37,855 nt of DNA, taken from positions 1-37,855 of the forward strand of contig CAXHJY010001568.1 in assembly GCA_964016885.1 (NCBI GenBank). The letters run 5' to 3'. Made by a program: the position numbers and the translations under genes. The number at the start of each line of letters is the position of its first letter. Position 1 is the first letter of the stretch. The DNA is from Eledone cirrhosa (Eukaryota). Shown in pieces: positions 13,215 to 25,596 of the stretch. The notes under the pieces were generated by a model that was given only the letters and a program-made list of their open reading frames with translations, did not search any database and was not told the origin of the DNA.

Positions 13215-13358
13215 AGAATGTAAAAACGCGACACACGAGTTGATATATATAAACAAATCGTAAAAAGGAAAAAAAAATACAGTAGAAAATGCTGGAGGGA
13301 ATTTTTTCAGTATAATATCAAAACATTTATTTATAAAGTGGGTATTTCCACATTTAAT

Positions 13359-13398
13359 CGTGGTACCGGTTTCAGCATTATCAGCTTTTTCAACGGCG
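13359..13398 (-). ncRNA. Degenerate minimal hammerhead-like motif
   Basis: Minus strand: TTGAAAA-AGC-TGATAAT-GCT-GAA-ACCGGT-A; two core substitutions and poor stem I. Confidence 0.35.
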
Positions 13399-13610
13399 GA
13401 AGTACAAAGTGCAGTTAAATTGCATATCTATACGAATAATAATAAAATGGAGAAGAAAAATGATTAGTTTTTACATACATACATATTTAGAGAGGAAAGT
13501 TCATGTTTCTGTTCGGGTCTCTCTTTCATTATCTGCTAGTTGACCAACAAAGGTGGTAGTAGTTCAAAAAGTATGTAAAAACTAATATATATATATATAT
13601 ATATATATAT

Positions 13611-15263
<1,653 letters not shown>

Positions 15264-15896
15264 TGAATGGTTTTAAAGCGCGAAATAGCCATTCGATTTA
15301 CTTTGAACTATATTAGCAAGACATTCTAATACAGCTAATTTTGACAATTATCTCTTCACTCCGTTACTCAGCTTCCCCACAAGTTTTCTGAGGCATCATA
15401 TATCTGGTGATAGCAAGCAGTGAGAGGCACTTACTTACCATTTAGGTTCTCCTTAAACTCTCTACGTTTAACTGTTTAAGGTTTGCTCTGACCAACTCAC
15501 TGCAATTAAAGACAGATGCTGTGTTCGGTAACTGCAGCCAATCCATCTATTGTCGGATCTTTGAAAAGGATCTTTTATTGGAAATTTTTCCCCTTATGTC
15601 CTTCGCTTTTCGCTGGCTGCCATAAAGAGAGGAATGTGACGTCATCGTCGACTTCAACAGACTACAAAGAAGTGCGTGTGCATGTGAGTGTATGTGGGTG
15701 TGTGTGGGTGGGCGGGTGGGTGTGCACGCGTGTGGCTCTGCATGGCTTGAGTTTATAATATTTGGCGTTTAAGCGTGTCATGCAAAACATATGTCGATGT
15801 ATATCAAAATTGGAATGTTGGTTTATTTATACTGCTCACGTACACACACGCACACGCACACACACACACACACACGCACACACACACACGCACACA

Positions 15897-15960
<64 letters not shown>

Positions 15961-16421
15961 CACAACACTTAATACTGTAAATATACAAGCACTCACGTAC
16001 GTGCATGTACATACACAACCACGCAAAAATATGCACATACTGAAATATGGCCAGATGTGTGTGTGTTTATATGCATGTATGTATACAAATATATACATAC
16101 ATATACACAAACATATACGTATATGTGTACTTGTCTATGTTTGTATCTATCTATGTATCTCTCTCTCTATCTATGTCTATATCTATTAATCTAGCTGTCG
16201 TCTGTTCTACAGTGTGGATGTCATTCACTTCGCACAGAAGTTTTGTTCAAATTTATTGAGGAAATTTTGTGAGTTCAAACTTAATTTTGATACAATTGTG
16301 TAGCTTGACCCTCCGTCTGAACTGTCAGGCGGTGGGTCAGCTCATCTTTACCCCTCCTAGAGGTGAAAAACCTGTTTTAAAAAAAAAATTTTGTGTAAAA
16401 AATTTCAATCGTCTAACAGAA

Positions 16422-18299
16422 ATGTTAAACGCAGCGAACGAAAATAGTGGTGGGGGGACAGCGGTAAGAGTTGTAAGCTCGCACGCTTTAGTCCTCCCTT
16501 CCTTCCCAACTAACGTCATAGAGAAGGAAGGAAAAATGAAAATAAAAACGGACGAATCTGCGGAGAAAAAATTAAATGTCGAAAACAACGAAGAAAAAAA
16601 TTTTGAAAAATTCCATGACAATACTAATAACACAAACAAAGACACAACAAACAAAAAAATAACAGTTGAAAATAACATAACATCAGAAAACAAAGCAGAC
16701 GACAAGATTTCATTTGCACAGAAAACAAAGAAATCTTTGACTTATATAGCGGAAAACATTTCAGATGTGGTACGAAGGATCACGGACGCAAAACAATACA
16801 TAAGTGAAGGTGAGAATGGTATTTTATTGGTAAAAATGCCTCAAGAATTCACGAAAGACATTGAAAGCCGAACGGTCAAGTTTCGGACCATCAACAACAG
16901 TACAAAAAAACCTGAACAGCCTTCTCAAGCAGATATCAAAACAGTACTCGCAGAAGTACTGAATGAAACAACTTTCATAAGAAAAGACAGACTGTATGGA
17001 AGCCTAGCAATTATCATGAAGAACGAATCGGCGGCAAAAAAATGTGCTTTGTCACCGATTCGTTCGAAAAATTTCACCTTTTATCCATCTTATATGGGAA
17101 AAAAAACTGAACGCATATGGCTGGATGCAATGATGCCAGATGTGGACTACTGCTGGCTCATAGCTGGCTTCATCGATCCAGTGAATGACAACGTGATTTC
17201 CATTGGGAAAACCACAGGCAATGCGTTCAGTGGAACAGGTATAGAGCTGGTAGTACAAATGAAGCCTGAACGCATCGCCCAAATACCCGACAGAATCCTA
17301 TTAGAGGACCACGGGTATATAAACATTAGCGTGGAGGGGAGAAGGCCATCCTGCCATATCTGTGCAGGCAGAGGGCACCTGAAGGCCGCTTGTCCACAAC
17401 TCAACAAAAAGAAAACTCTGCTACCAACACCAGCTCCACCACCACCACCACAACAGATAAACAAACAACAAAACTCAGTCCCACCCAACCCGTCCCTCAG
17501 TAACACCACAACACCACCACAACACAAACAGTCACAACACATTACCCCAAAACAAAATACAGGCCCACCCAACCTCTCACTCAATAAAACAACACAACCA
17601 CCGCAGACACAACACACAACACAGTCTAACATAGTGACATCCATCTCCCCCACAAAGAAAACCAACACGGAAACATTACCAGCAAACATACCTCTTCCCT
17701 CCAACACTGAAGATAACCCAACGAATTCGGAGGAAGAAACGGAGTCCTTCAGACAGATTAAAAGGAAAAAAAGAAAACATGTGCAAAACACACAAGGACA
17801 AACAACCCCCACCCAAATCGCAACACAATCTAACAAAACAGAAAACACCCCTCCAGCAACAAACAAAACCAAACCTGCCCCTCCCCTCTTCGAAACACTC
17901 ACACCATCGGAAAAAAAGACATTACACTATACTTACATCAACAGAAACAATAATAAATTAAATGAACTCATATACAATAATCCTTCGGTACAAACCGAAG
18001 GTGTAAACTTTGTTTCGTCAGAAAACCACCCACATTTAAAACTAATAAAAATCCCAATGAACCTCTACCAAAAACTAAAAAAGGATTTTAAGGAGGACGT
18101 AGGACCACCCTCTGTCAAACCCATAAACCGCGTCCTACTAAAAAGCTTTCCCCCTCCCCTTCCCCTCCCCAACACAACTCCAAACACCCCAACCCCACCA
18201 CACACCGACGACCCCACACCACCACAAGACACCCCTTCACCCAACACCCCCGACCCCATGGAAGTCGTGCAACCCGAACCCCGGGAAGCGGAAAGGTAG
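16422..18299 (+). CDS. Retrotransposon ORF1 (gag-like nucleic-acid-binding protein, 625 aa from the first ATG)
   Basis: CHICAGRGHLKAAC zinc knuckle (CX2CX4HX4C), Pro/Thr-rich C-terminal half, KRKKRK basic patch, position upstream of EN-RT; the frame is open from 16269. Confidence 0.88.
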   Translation: MLNAANENSGGGTAVRVVSSHALVLPSFPTNVIEKEGKMKIKTDESAEKKLNVENNEEKNFEKFHDNTNNTNKDTTNKKITVENNITSENKADDKISFAQKTKKSLTYIAENISDVVRRITDAKQYISEGENGILLVKMPQEFTKDIESRTVKFRTINNSTKKPEQPSQADIKTVLAEVLNETTFIRKDRLYGSLAIIMKNESAAKKCALSPIRSKNFTFYPSYMGKKTERIWLDAMMPDVDYCWLIAGFIDPVNDNVISIGKTTGNAFSGTGIELVVQMKPERIAQIPDRILLEDHGYINISVEGRRPSCHICAGRGHLKAACPQLNKKKTLLPTPAPPPPPQQINKQQNSVPPNPSLSNTTTPPQHKQSQHITPKQNTGPPNLSLNKTTQPPQTQHTTQSNIVTSISPTKKTNTETLPANIPLPSNTEDNPTNSEEETESFRQIKRKKRKHVQNTQGQTTPTQIATQSNKTENTPPATNKTKPAPPLFETLTPSEKKTLHYTYINRNNNKLNELIYNNPSVQTEGVNFVSSENHPHLKLIKIPMNLYQKLKKDFKEDVGPPSVKPINRVLLKSFPPPLPLPNTTPNTPTPPHTDDPTPPQDTPSPNTPDPMEVVQPEPREAER

Positions 18300-18332
18300 G
18301 TCTCTACACTCTCCTTTGGCTCTGCCGCCCAC

Positions 18333-21300
18333 ATGGATGTGTTAAGAGTAGGATGTTTGAATGCACGTGGCCTGGGCTCAACTTGGAAGCAAGCAAAGCT
18401 TCTAAATGACCTCAGGTCATGTAGTATAAATGTAATGGTTATCTGTGAGACTCGAATCAGCGTCATGCGGCAGCTGGCCCCCACCTTCGATGACTTTGAG
18501 GTGCATGCATCTCTCTGTCAACCTGGAGGTGGGGGTGGGGTTGTCGTGCTGCTGCAAAAACACCTGGGTCTTGCCGTACAGGTTGTGCACTCGGACCCGG
18601 AGGGTCGTTTGTTGGTGCTAGACGTTGGCAGTAGTGAAAGTGCGGCCTTGAGACTGGTCGCCGTCTACTCCCCTTTCGGAGCTGAACGGCCCGACTTCTT
18701 CCAGCGTTTGGAGACTTTTCTGGGAACGTCGCGTTCCCTGCTTCTAGCGGGGGATTGGAATGACATCCTGGATGCACGTTGGGACTATGCAGGAGCATGT
18801 CCTAATAGAGGGGGGTGTAACAGCCTCAAGGGGTTACTCGACCGTTTTAACTTGGTCGATAGATATCGACTAGATTTTCCAACTGTGCCTACCTGGACTT
18901 GGAGAAACCACAGTGGTCAATCTAGATCGTACTTAGATAGATAGATAGATTCTTAGTTAGAAGTAAGGATAGGGACATATTAAGCTGTCCAGAAATGCGC
19001 ACGGTTGGCTACACGGATCACAAATTAGTGACCTGCGTGGTCAATCTCGAGAAAACACATAGACAGGGTCCCGGTTACTGGAAACTTAATTTGTCTTTAC
19101 CGGCAAAAGAGACTTACAGAAACCGGATTAGCAGATTAGTTAAGGAGAGGTTGACGGGTGCAATCGTCAACAACCGATGGTGGGCATCTCTCAAAAGAGA
19201 GATTAGAACAGAATCAATAAGTTATAGCAAGATGTTAGCTGCCAATAGGAATAGAAACGAGAAAGAATTAACAGGTAAATTAGAAGAGGCAATCAAGAGC
19301 GAAGATGTGGCCAGAGTGCTGGCATCGAGGACGGCCTTGAACCAGTTTTTCGATGCAAAGCATGAAGGCTGCGTCATTCGAAGTAAAATACGTGCTCTAG
19401 GTAATGAGGGGGCCAAAGCCGTTGGATGGGCCCGCGTGACAGAAGCTAAAAGTGGAAATCGATCCACCATCCGGTCGTTGCAAGACGAAGATGGACGAGT
19501 GATCCGGGAGCCTAAGCAGATGTGCGAGGCCTTTCAAAAGCACTTTGCCCGATTGTTCGGGGGAGGCGAGGGTCCGGGCCGGGGCGTGGATTTCGGTCCA
19601 TACCTCGACGGCCTGCCGCGTCTCTCGAACAAAGAGGCAGAGTCCTGCGAGGGACCAATCTCGGCTGATGAGATCGGAGATGCGCTGAGCCAATGCAGCA
19701 GACGCAAATCTCCAGGTCTCGATGGTATACCTTACGAACTTTATTTAGCAATGCCGGTCTTCTTCTCCGAACTCCTCGAAGCGGTCTACTGCAATTGGCA
19801 GCAGAACGGGAGAATTCCTTGTTCTGTAGCCAAGGGCGTAGTCACGCTGGTGAGGAAGGACGAGAACAAGGGGGATAGTATAAATAATTTTCGGCCCATA
19901 ACCCTGCTAAACACAGAGTTAAAGATTTTGGCCAAGGTGTTAGCAAAGAGGTTGGCGCTTGTCGTGGGTGGCCTGGTGGGAGATGCGCAGACATGTGCTA
20001 TCCCATCCAGGTCCATTCACGATAACCTCCACCTCATGCGATACATCATAGAGAGGGTTGGCAACAAACCCGGCTTCGGTGGGGCCCTGATCAACTTGGA
20101 TCAGTCTAAGGCCTTCGATAGGGTCGACCATGGTTACCTGGATGCGGTGCTAGCGGCGGCTGGGTTCGGTCCTGTTTTCAGAGGCTGGATCACTGCCCTA
20201 CATAGCAACCACATCTGTTCTAGGATCAAGGTGAACGGCTACCTTTCGAAGCCGTTCGAAATCACACGATCCATTCGACAGGGGTGCCCTCTCTCCTCCC
20301 TTCTGTACGTATTGACTCTCGAGCCTTTACTGAGGAAGTTGGAGTTGTTGCAGGGTATCCCCCTGGAACCAGGATTGAGCAAAGCGGTGTCGGCCTACGC
20401 CGATGACGTAACAGTAATGGTATCAACCGACTCGGAGATCGAGGCGATCGGTACCTTACTGGAGGAGTACGAAAGGTTGTCAGGAGCGAAACTGAACCGG
20501 GAAAAATCCATCGGGCTGCAACTCGGAACGTGGAGAGGCAAACCGATGCCTCCTGACGGTGTCGTCGGACACTGGACGGAGGGCCCGGTAAAGTTGCTTG
20601 GGGTCTGGTTTGGACCGGACCTCCAGGTGGAAAAGAACTGGAACGAGGTTACGAACAAGGTGTTTGCACTAACCCAGAAATGGGCCAAGTGTAAGCTGTC
20701 CCTAAAAGGCCGGGCGGAGGTGGCGAACATTTACATAGCGTCCGTCACTTACTACCGCCTGACTGTCGTGCCTTGCCCTAAGGAAACACTCACCACCATG
20801 GAACGCATGCTCTTCCAATTTCTTTGGAAGAAGCGTCCTCCTATGGTGAGAAGATCCATCTGCTGCCAACAACCTTCGAAAGGAGGGCTGGGGATGCCGT
20901 GGTTGATGATGCGTAGGCACGCATTAAGGCTACGGCACCTACAGGTATTCCTCACTGGTCAACCGGTGTGGGCTCCGTTCGTGAAACGAGCCTTTCCGAG
21001 ACTCGTCTCACTCACCGAGCTACAGTCCTGGGTCAAGCAAAGATCCGGAAAACTGGGAGACTGGCACACTGAGTGTGCTCAGGCGCTCAGGGCTCTCTGG
21101 CAAGCGGGCCGGGCCATCGGTGGAGAATCCACCTCATCATTCTATAGAGGGCTGGTGGCTAGCAGGGGCGATGACACCCTTGGAGAGTCGCTGGACATGG
21201 AGGAAGACGAACTGGCCAGCCTGTTCGGTAGGACTTTCGGCCCAGGACCAATGGACAACTTCCAGAAGTCACTGGCCTGGCAGTGCTACCGAGGGGCTCT

Positions 21301-21778
21301 ACCCGTTCGAGAGAGGCTCTACAGACACGGGCGCCCGGGCAGGGATCCCTCAAAAAAGATTTGCCCTAGATGCGTGCGTCACGAAGAAACCGTGGCGCAC
21401 GCATTGGTGCAATGTCCGGGCGTGGCTGATCTGTGGGGCTACGCCGAACAACTGCTGTCGCGGGTGGCGCCGATTAAATTGACCGCCGAGTCCGTGATGA
21501 CAATCAAACCGCCTCCCCTCTTCACAAAGGAAGCAAAGGCGGTTTTTCTGTGCGTAATAGCCATGTTGAAAGAGGTTGTTTGGTGGACACGATTGAAAGG
21601 TCTGAGGTCAGGCAACTTCCTCTCTGGCCATAGTCTGGTCTACTTCTTCCGATATCACTTCGGAAGAAGGATAAGAATGGAGAGAGAGGTGCTTGGCCAC
21701 AGGCAGTTTTATGAAAGGTGGGTGATAGTGGCGAGAATGGCTCGTGTAAATGGGCCTTCTCTGTATACCATCCTGTAG
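18333..21778 (+). pseudogene. ORF2: AP-endonuclease + reverse transcriptase + C-terminal zinc finger, frameshifted at 18942-18949
   Basis: EN motifs LNARGL, ET, VYSP, GDWN, YLDR, TDH; RT motifs KSPGLDG, FRPITLLN, DQSKAFDRV, RQGCPLS, YADD; CPRC..EETVAHALVQC. Removing TAGATAGA gives one 1145-aa frame. Confidence 0.92.
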
Positions 21779-22007
21779 GTAAAGAAGTAAAGGAGAGGGG
21801 AGCACCTTCTCCATGTGCTCCCCGGGCAAAGGATTGCACACTTTTTCGGGGGTGTGTGCAACCCCCATCACGTCCCCTCCCTTTTGAGGTTATTTTCGAT
21901 TATTTTCATGTTACACCCTTTTTACTCGATTATATGTAAACTCCCCCTTTGTATTTGTCCCTTCTTTTTATGCCTTTATGGTAAATAAAGAAATCTATCT
22001 ATGTCTA

Positions 22008-22050
<43 letters not shown>

Positions 22051-22051
<1 letters not shown>

Positions 22052-22937
22052 CACTTCGTCATTCTATAGAGGGTTGGTCCGCAGCAAGTGCGACGACGCG
22101 CTCGGTGAAACTCTAGGCGTGGAGGAAGATGAACTGGCCAGTCTGTTCGGTAGGACCTTCCGCCCGGGACCGATGGACAACTTCCAAAAGTCCCTGGCCT
22201 GGCAGTGCTACCGAGGAGCTCTACCAGTTCGAGACAAGCTCTACAGACATGGGCGCCCGGGCAGGGACCCTGCAAAAAAGATCTGTCCGAGGTGCGTGCG
22301 AGACGAAGAAACCGTCGCGCACGCATTCATACACTGCCCGGGCGTCACTGACCTGTGGGGCTATGTAGAACGACTATTGTCGCGGGTGGGACCAATCCAG
22401 TTGACCACCGAGTCCATTGTCATGATCAAACCGCCACCCTCCTTCAAAAACGAAGGAGAGGCGGTTTTCCTTTGTGTGATAGCTATGGCGAAAGAGGTTG
22501 TATGGTGGACAAGGTTGAAAGGGCTGAGGTCAGACACCTTTCTCTCCGGCCAACAACTGATTCTTTTTTTCAAATACCACTTTGGAAGAAGAATCAGGAT
22601 GGAGAGAGAGGTGCTGTACCCCAGCAAGTTTTATGAAAGGTGGGTGAAAGTGGCGAGAATGGCCCGAGTGAATGGGCCTTCTCTCTATATCAGCCTGTAG
22701 GTTGAGGAAAAGGAGGAGGAGAGGAAAGGAGTACAAGCTCTTCGTACTCCTGGAGATGAGGGTTGCACATTTTTTTCGGGGGTCTGTGTTACCCATATAA
22801 ACTGTCTCCCTCTATTGGGGAAAATCGACTAACTTTTAAATTCCATCTGTGATAACATTTTACACGTTTTTATTGTATGTAAACTTCCCCCTTTGTATTT
22901 GTCCCCTTCTTTTGTGCCCCTGTGGCTAATAAAGAAA
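22051..22937 (+). mobile_element. 5'-truncated, diverged copy of the Tx1-like element (ORF2 C-terminus to 22700 plus 3' UTR)
   Basis: Aligns to 21129-21993 (STSSFYRGLV...ARMARVNGPSLY); ends AATAAAGAAA; (TATC)n on both sides. Confidence 0.92.
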
Positions 22938-22973
22938 TATATCTATCTATCTATCTATGTATCTGTCTCTCTA

Positions 22974-23019
<46 letters not shown>

Positions 23020-23153
23020 CAGGGAATGCTTGTGGCATACACACACTTCTAAAGTTGTCTGTTGTGAGTTTTTATTTCTGTCTGTCTGTATGCATGTATG
23101 TATGATGTATGTATGTATATAGGTGCATATATGTATGTATGTATATATGTGCA

Positions 23154-23215
<62 letters not shown>

Positions 23216-23260
23216 TGTATACATATGTATGTATATTTGCACATATATGTATATATACAT

Positions 23261-23298
<38 letters not shown>

Positions 23299-23515
23299 GT
23301 ATATAAATGTGTATGTATATATGTATGCATATGTATGCATATGTGTGTATATATGTGTACATAAATACATACATGGCGATAAGCCAATATTATAATGTCT
23401 CTGTATTTAGCAATGGAGTTCTTTCTTCACAGCAGGATGTACATAGCAATATATCTATAGTTATATACATATGGTATAGCTTATCAAACTTAAAAACCTA
23501 TTGTCTCATTCCACA

Positions 23516-23566
<51 letters not shown>

Positions 23567-23568
<2 letters not shown>

Positions 23569-23748
23569 CGAAGGAAATGTGGTAAGGAACCAGGTGGACC
23601 ATAACGCTCCAAAGTACTCAATACTTAGGGTAGTAGAGTGGGTAATAGGAACCAGTAAGACCCCGACGGCTGAGCTCAGGCCGTTTCATTTTAGTCCAGA
23701 ATTAGCCGTCGAAACGGCCTGAGCTCAGCCGTCGGGGTCTTACTGGTT

Positions 23749-23753
<5 letters not shown>
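23567..23753. mobile_element. Family A hammerhead element with inverted arm
   Basis: Perfect 43-bp inverted repeat 23645-23687/23711-23753; (TA)n on both sides. Confidence 0.88.
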
Positions 23754-23840
<87 letters not shown>

Positions 23841-23842
<2 letters not shown>

Positions 23843-24081
23843 TGTATAGCTTAGTGGTTAGAGCGTTGGGCTTGCAATTCAGAGGTTGTGAATTTGATTT
23901 TTGAACCGGCCGATGGCTTGTGTCCTTGGGTATGACACTTGTTTCACGTTGTTCCAAATTCACTAAGCTTTTGACACGAGTTGCGATGTCAATGTTTCCA
24001 AGTTGTTTTGGCCTCACCCTTTCTCTTGGATAACATCGGTGGCATGGAGAGGGGATACTGGTGTCCCTTGTTTCTCCTGTG

Positions 24082-24088
<7 letters not shown>
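23841..24088 (+). mobile_element. tRNA-derived SINE, CORE-like
   Basis: A box TAGCTTAGTGG, degenerate B box, TGTGTCCTTGGGTATGACACTT body. Confidence 0.7.
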
Positions 24089-24149
<61 letters not shown>

Positions 24150-24169
24150 CCCTTTATAAGACTAAATAA

Positions 24170-24330
24170 TAATAATAAATTTGAAGACTAAAATTCAAAG
24201 AGGGCTCGATAATGATAAATATATATCAAATATATAAGAACCGTAGAGCATAATATTTATTAAAATAACAGAAGATCCCGTTAAGGGTGAAAGCAGCGAT
24301 TCTTTGCTTAAACTTTAATCTGTTATTTTA

Positions 24331-24335
<5 letters not shown>
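24170..24335 (+). repeat. Dispersed repeat family C with internal inverted copy of its own end
   Basis: TTTATTAAAATAACAGA (24256-24272) is the reverse complement of 24319-24335. Confidence 0.75.
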
Positions 24336-24385
<50 letters not shown>

Positions 24386-24608
24386 GGTTTGAGGTTCAAC
24401 ACTGTATAGAGCTGGTCTATTCCATATGGTCAATCGTAATGCAATAATATAGAGAGTACTCAACGTAAGGCAGTTCAACCGTCTTTGTTTTTGTAGTTGG
24501 TGGTGCTATTACCGGCTGAGGTTGAAGGAACAGAATAGCGGTCGCCCTCGGGCCCTCGATTTTCAGCCCCATCGATTTTATCTATTACATTCACGTATTA
24601 TATTTCGA

Positions 24609-24666
24609 ATACCTGATGATATCACCGGATTCATAGAGAACCCGGTCATTGAAATGATCATAGTAT
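24609..24666 (+). ncRNA. Type I hammerhead ribozyme candidate
   Basis: ATAC-CTGATGA-T-ATcACCGGaTTC-ATAGA-GAAcCCGGTcAT-T-GAA-ATGATCAT-A^GTAT; palindromic stem III; AUA cleavage after 24662. Confidence 0.75.
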
Positions 24667-24722
24667 AATAAACCTTTCAAGGATTTACACAAATCCAGCC
24701 TCCTGTCATTTCATTATATATA

Positions 24723-24790
<68 letters not shown>

Positions 24791-25086
24791 CGGAAAAGAT
24801 TGTTTTGGTAAAAACAGGAGTAAGCAGGAGAAAGCTCTCAACAATCGTTTTTAGTTACGATGGAGAATTCTATAAAAATAACAAAATAAGATGCTGAGGT
24901 TACATATATCGTTTAATCATAATAATTATTTCCACGGTTCTCCATGCAATCGAGATGTCCTTCGTGTATTTGCATATCAGCAATTGAAAAGACCAATGGA
25001 AACATTGTTTCCTTGTTTCGATTCTACTCCACACGATAAGCGAGTGAGTTCGGATCTTGTCGGTCATTTACAATATATATATATAA

Positions 25087-25287
25087 AACAGCGATGAACT
25101 GGACTCCGCCTGGCGGTAAACGGAGGCGGGGTTGCCCAAGGATCACCTGGCGACGACCGTTCCGGAAGGACGTGATGGCAGCCAACATCACCTGGCACGA
25201 TCTTGAAAAAGTTGCCGCTGATCGTGACCGTTGGCGAATACTTACAGCTCGGTGCGCCGAACGGTGCGGAAGAATCTAAGACTATCA
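25087..25287 (+). mobile_element. RTE-clade non-LTR retrotransposon 3' fragment
   Basis: WTPPGGKRRRGCPRITW...W...AADRDRWR...C matches the typical RTE ORF C-terminus; stop followed by a very short tail. Confidence 0.8.
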
Positions 25288-25596
25288 TATATATATATAT
25301 ATATATTCTTACAGAAAAATATGTTAGGCTTCTACATAAACTGGAAACATTCTCCCAACTTGTAGAAAACTTATAATGAAACAATTGTTTGGAAAGAGAG
25401 ATGTATTTTATTCTAATTATATCTCATATAAAATAATACAACTGGCTTTCCACAAAATACATATAATTAGCACCCCAAACACAAAATTGGGATTATACTA
25501 ACGTATACCCTAATGTTTGTTGAGTGAGATGGTTACCAGTCAGAGTTTAGCTTAAAGCTTTCTCTGTTGTTGTATTAAACATATATATATATATAT

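Larger units (their letters stand above)
16187..21993 (+). mobile_element. Full-length L1-group (Tx1-like) non-LTR retrotransposon
   Basis: Two ORFs; 3' end AATAAAGAAA; exact 21-bp TSD TCTATCTATGTCTATATCTAT at 16166-16186 and 21994-22014. Confidence 0.93.

Noticed and set aside
16337-21871. Antisense and alternative-frame ORFs over the retrotransposon
   Set aside because: Shadow frames with no recognisable motifs
21978-22050. N-terminus of the 240-aa ORF (MVNKEIYLCLYLSIYLS...)
   Set aside because: Chance read-in from the first element's 3' UTR through (TATC)n; not a real start
23841-23915. tRNA gene
   Set aside because: Only A/B-box remnants with no cloverleaf; continues into a SINE body
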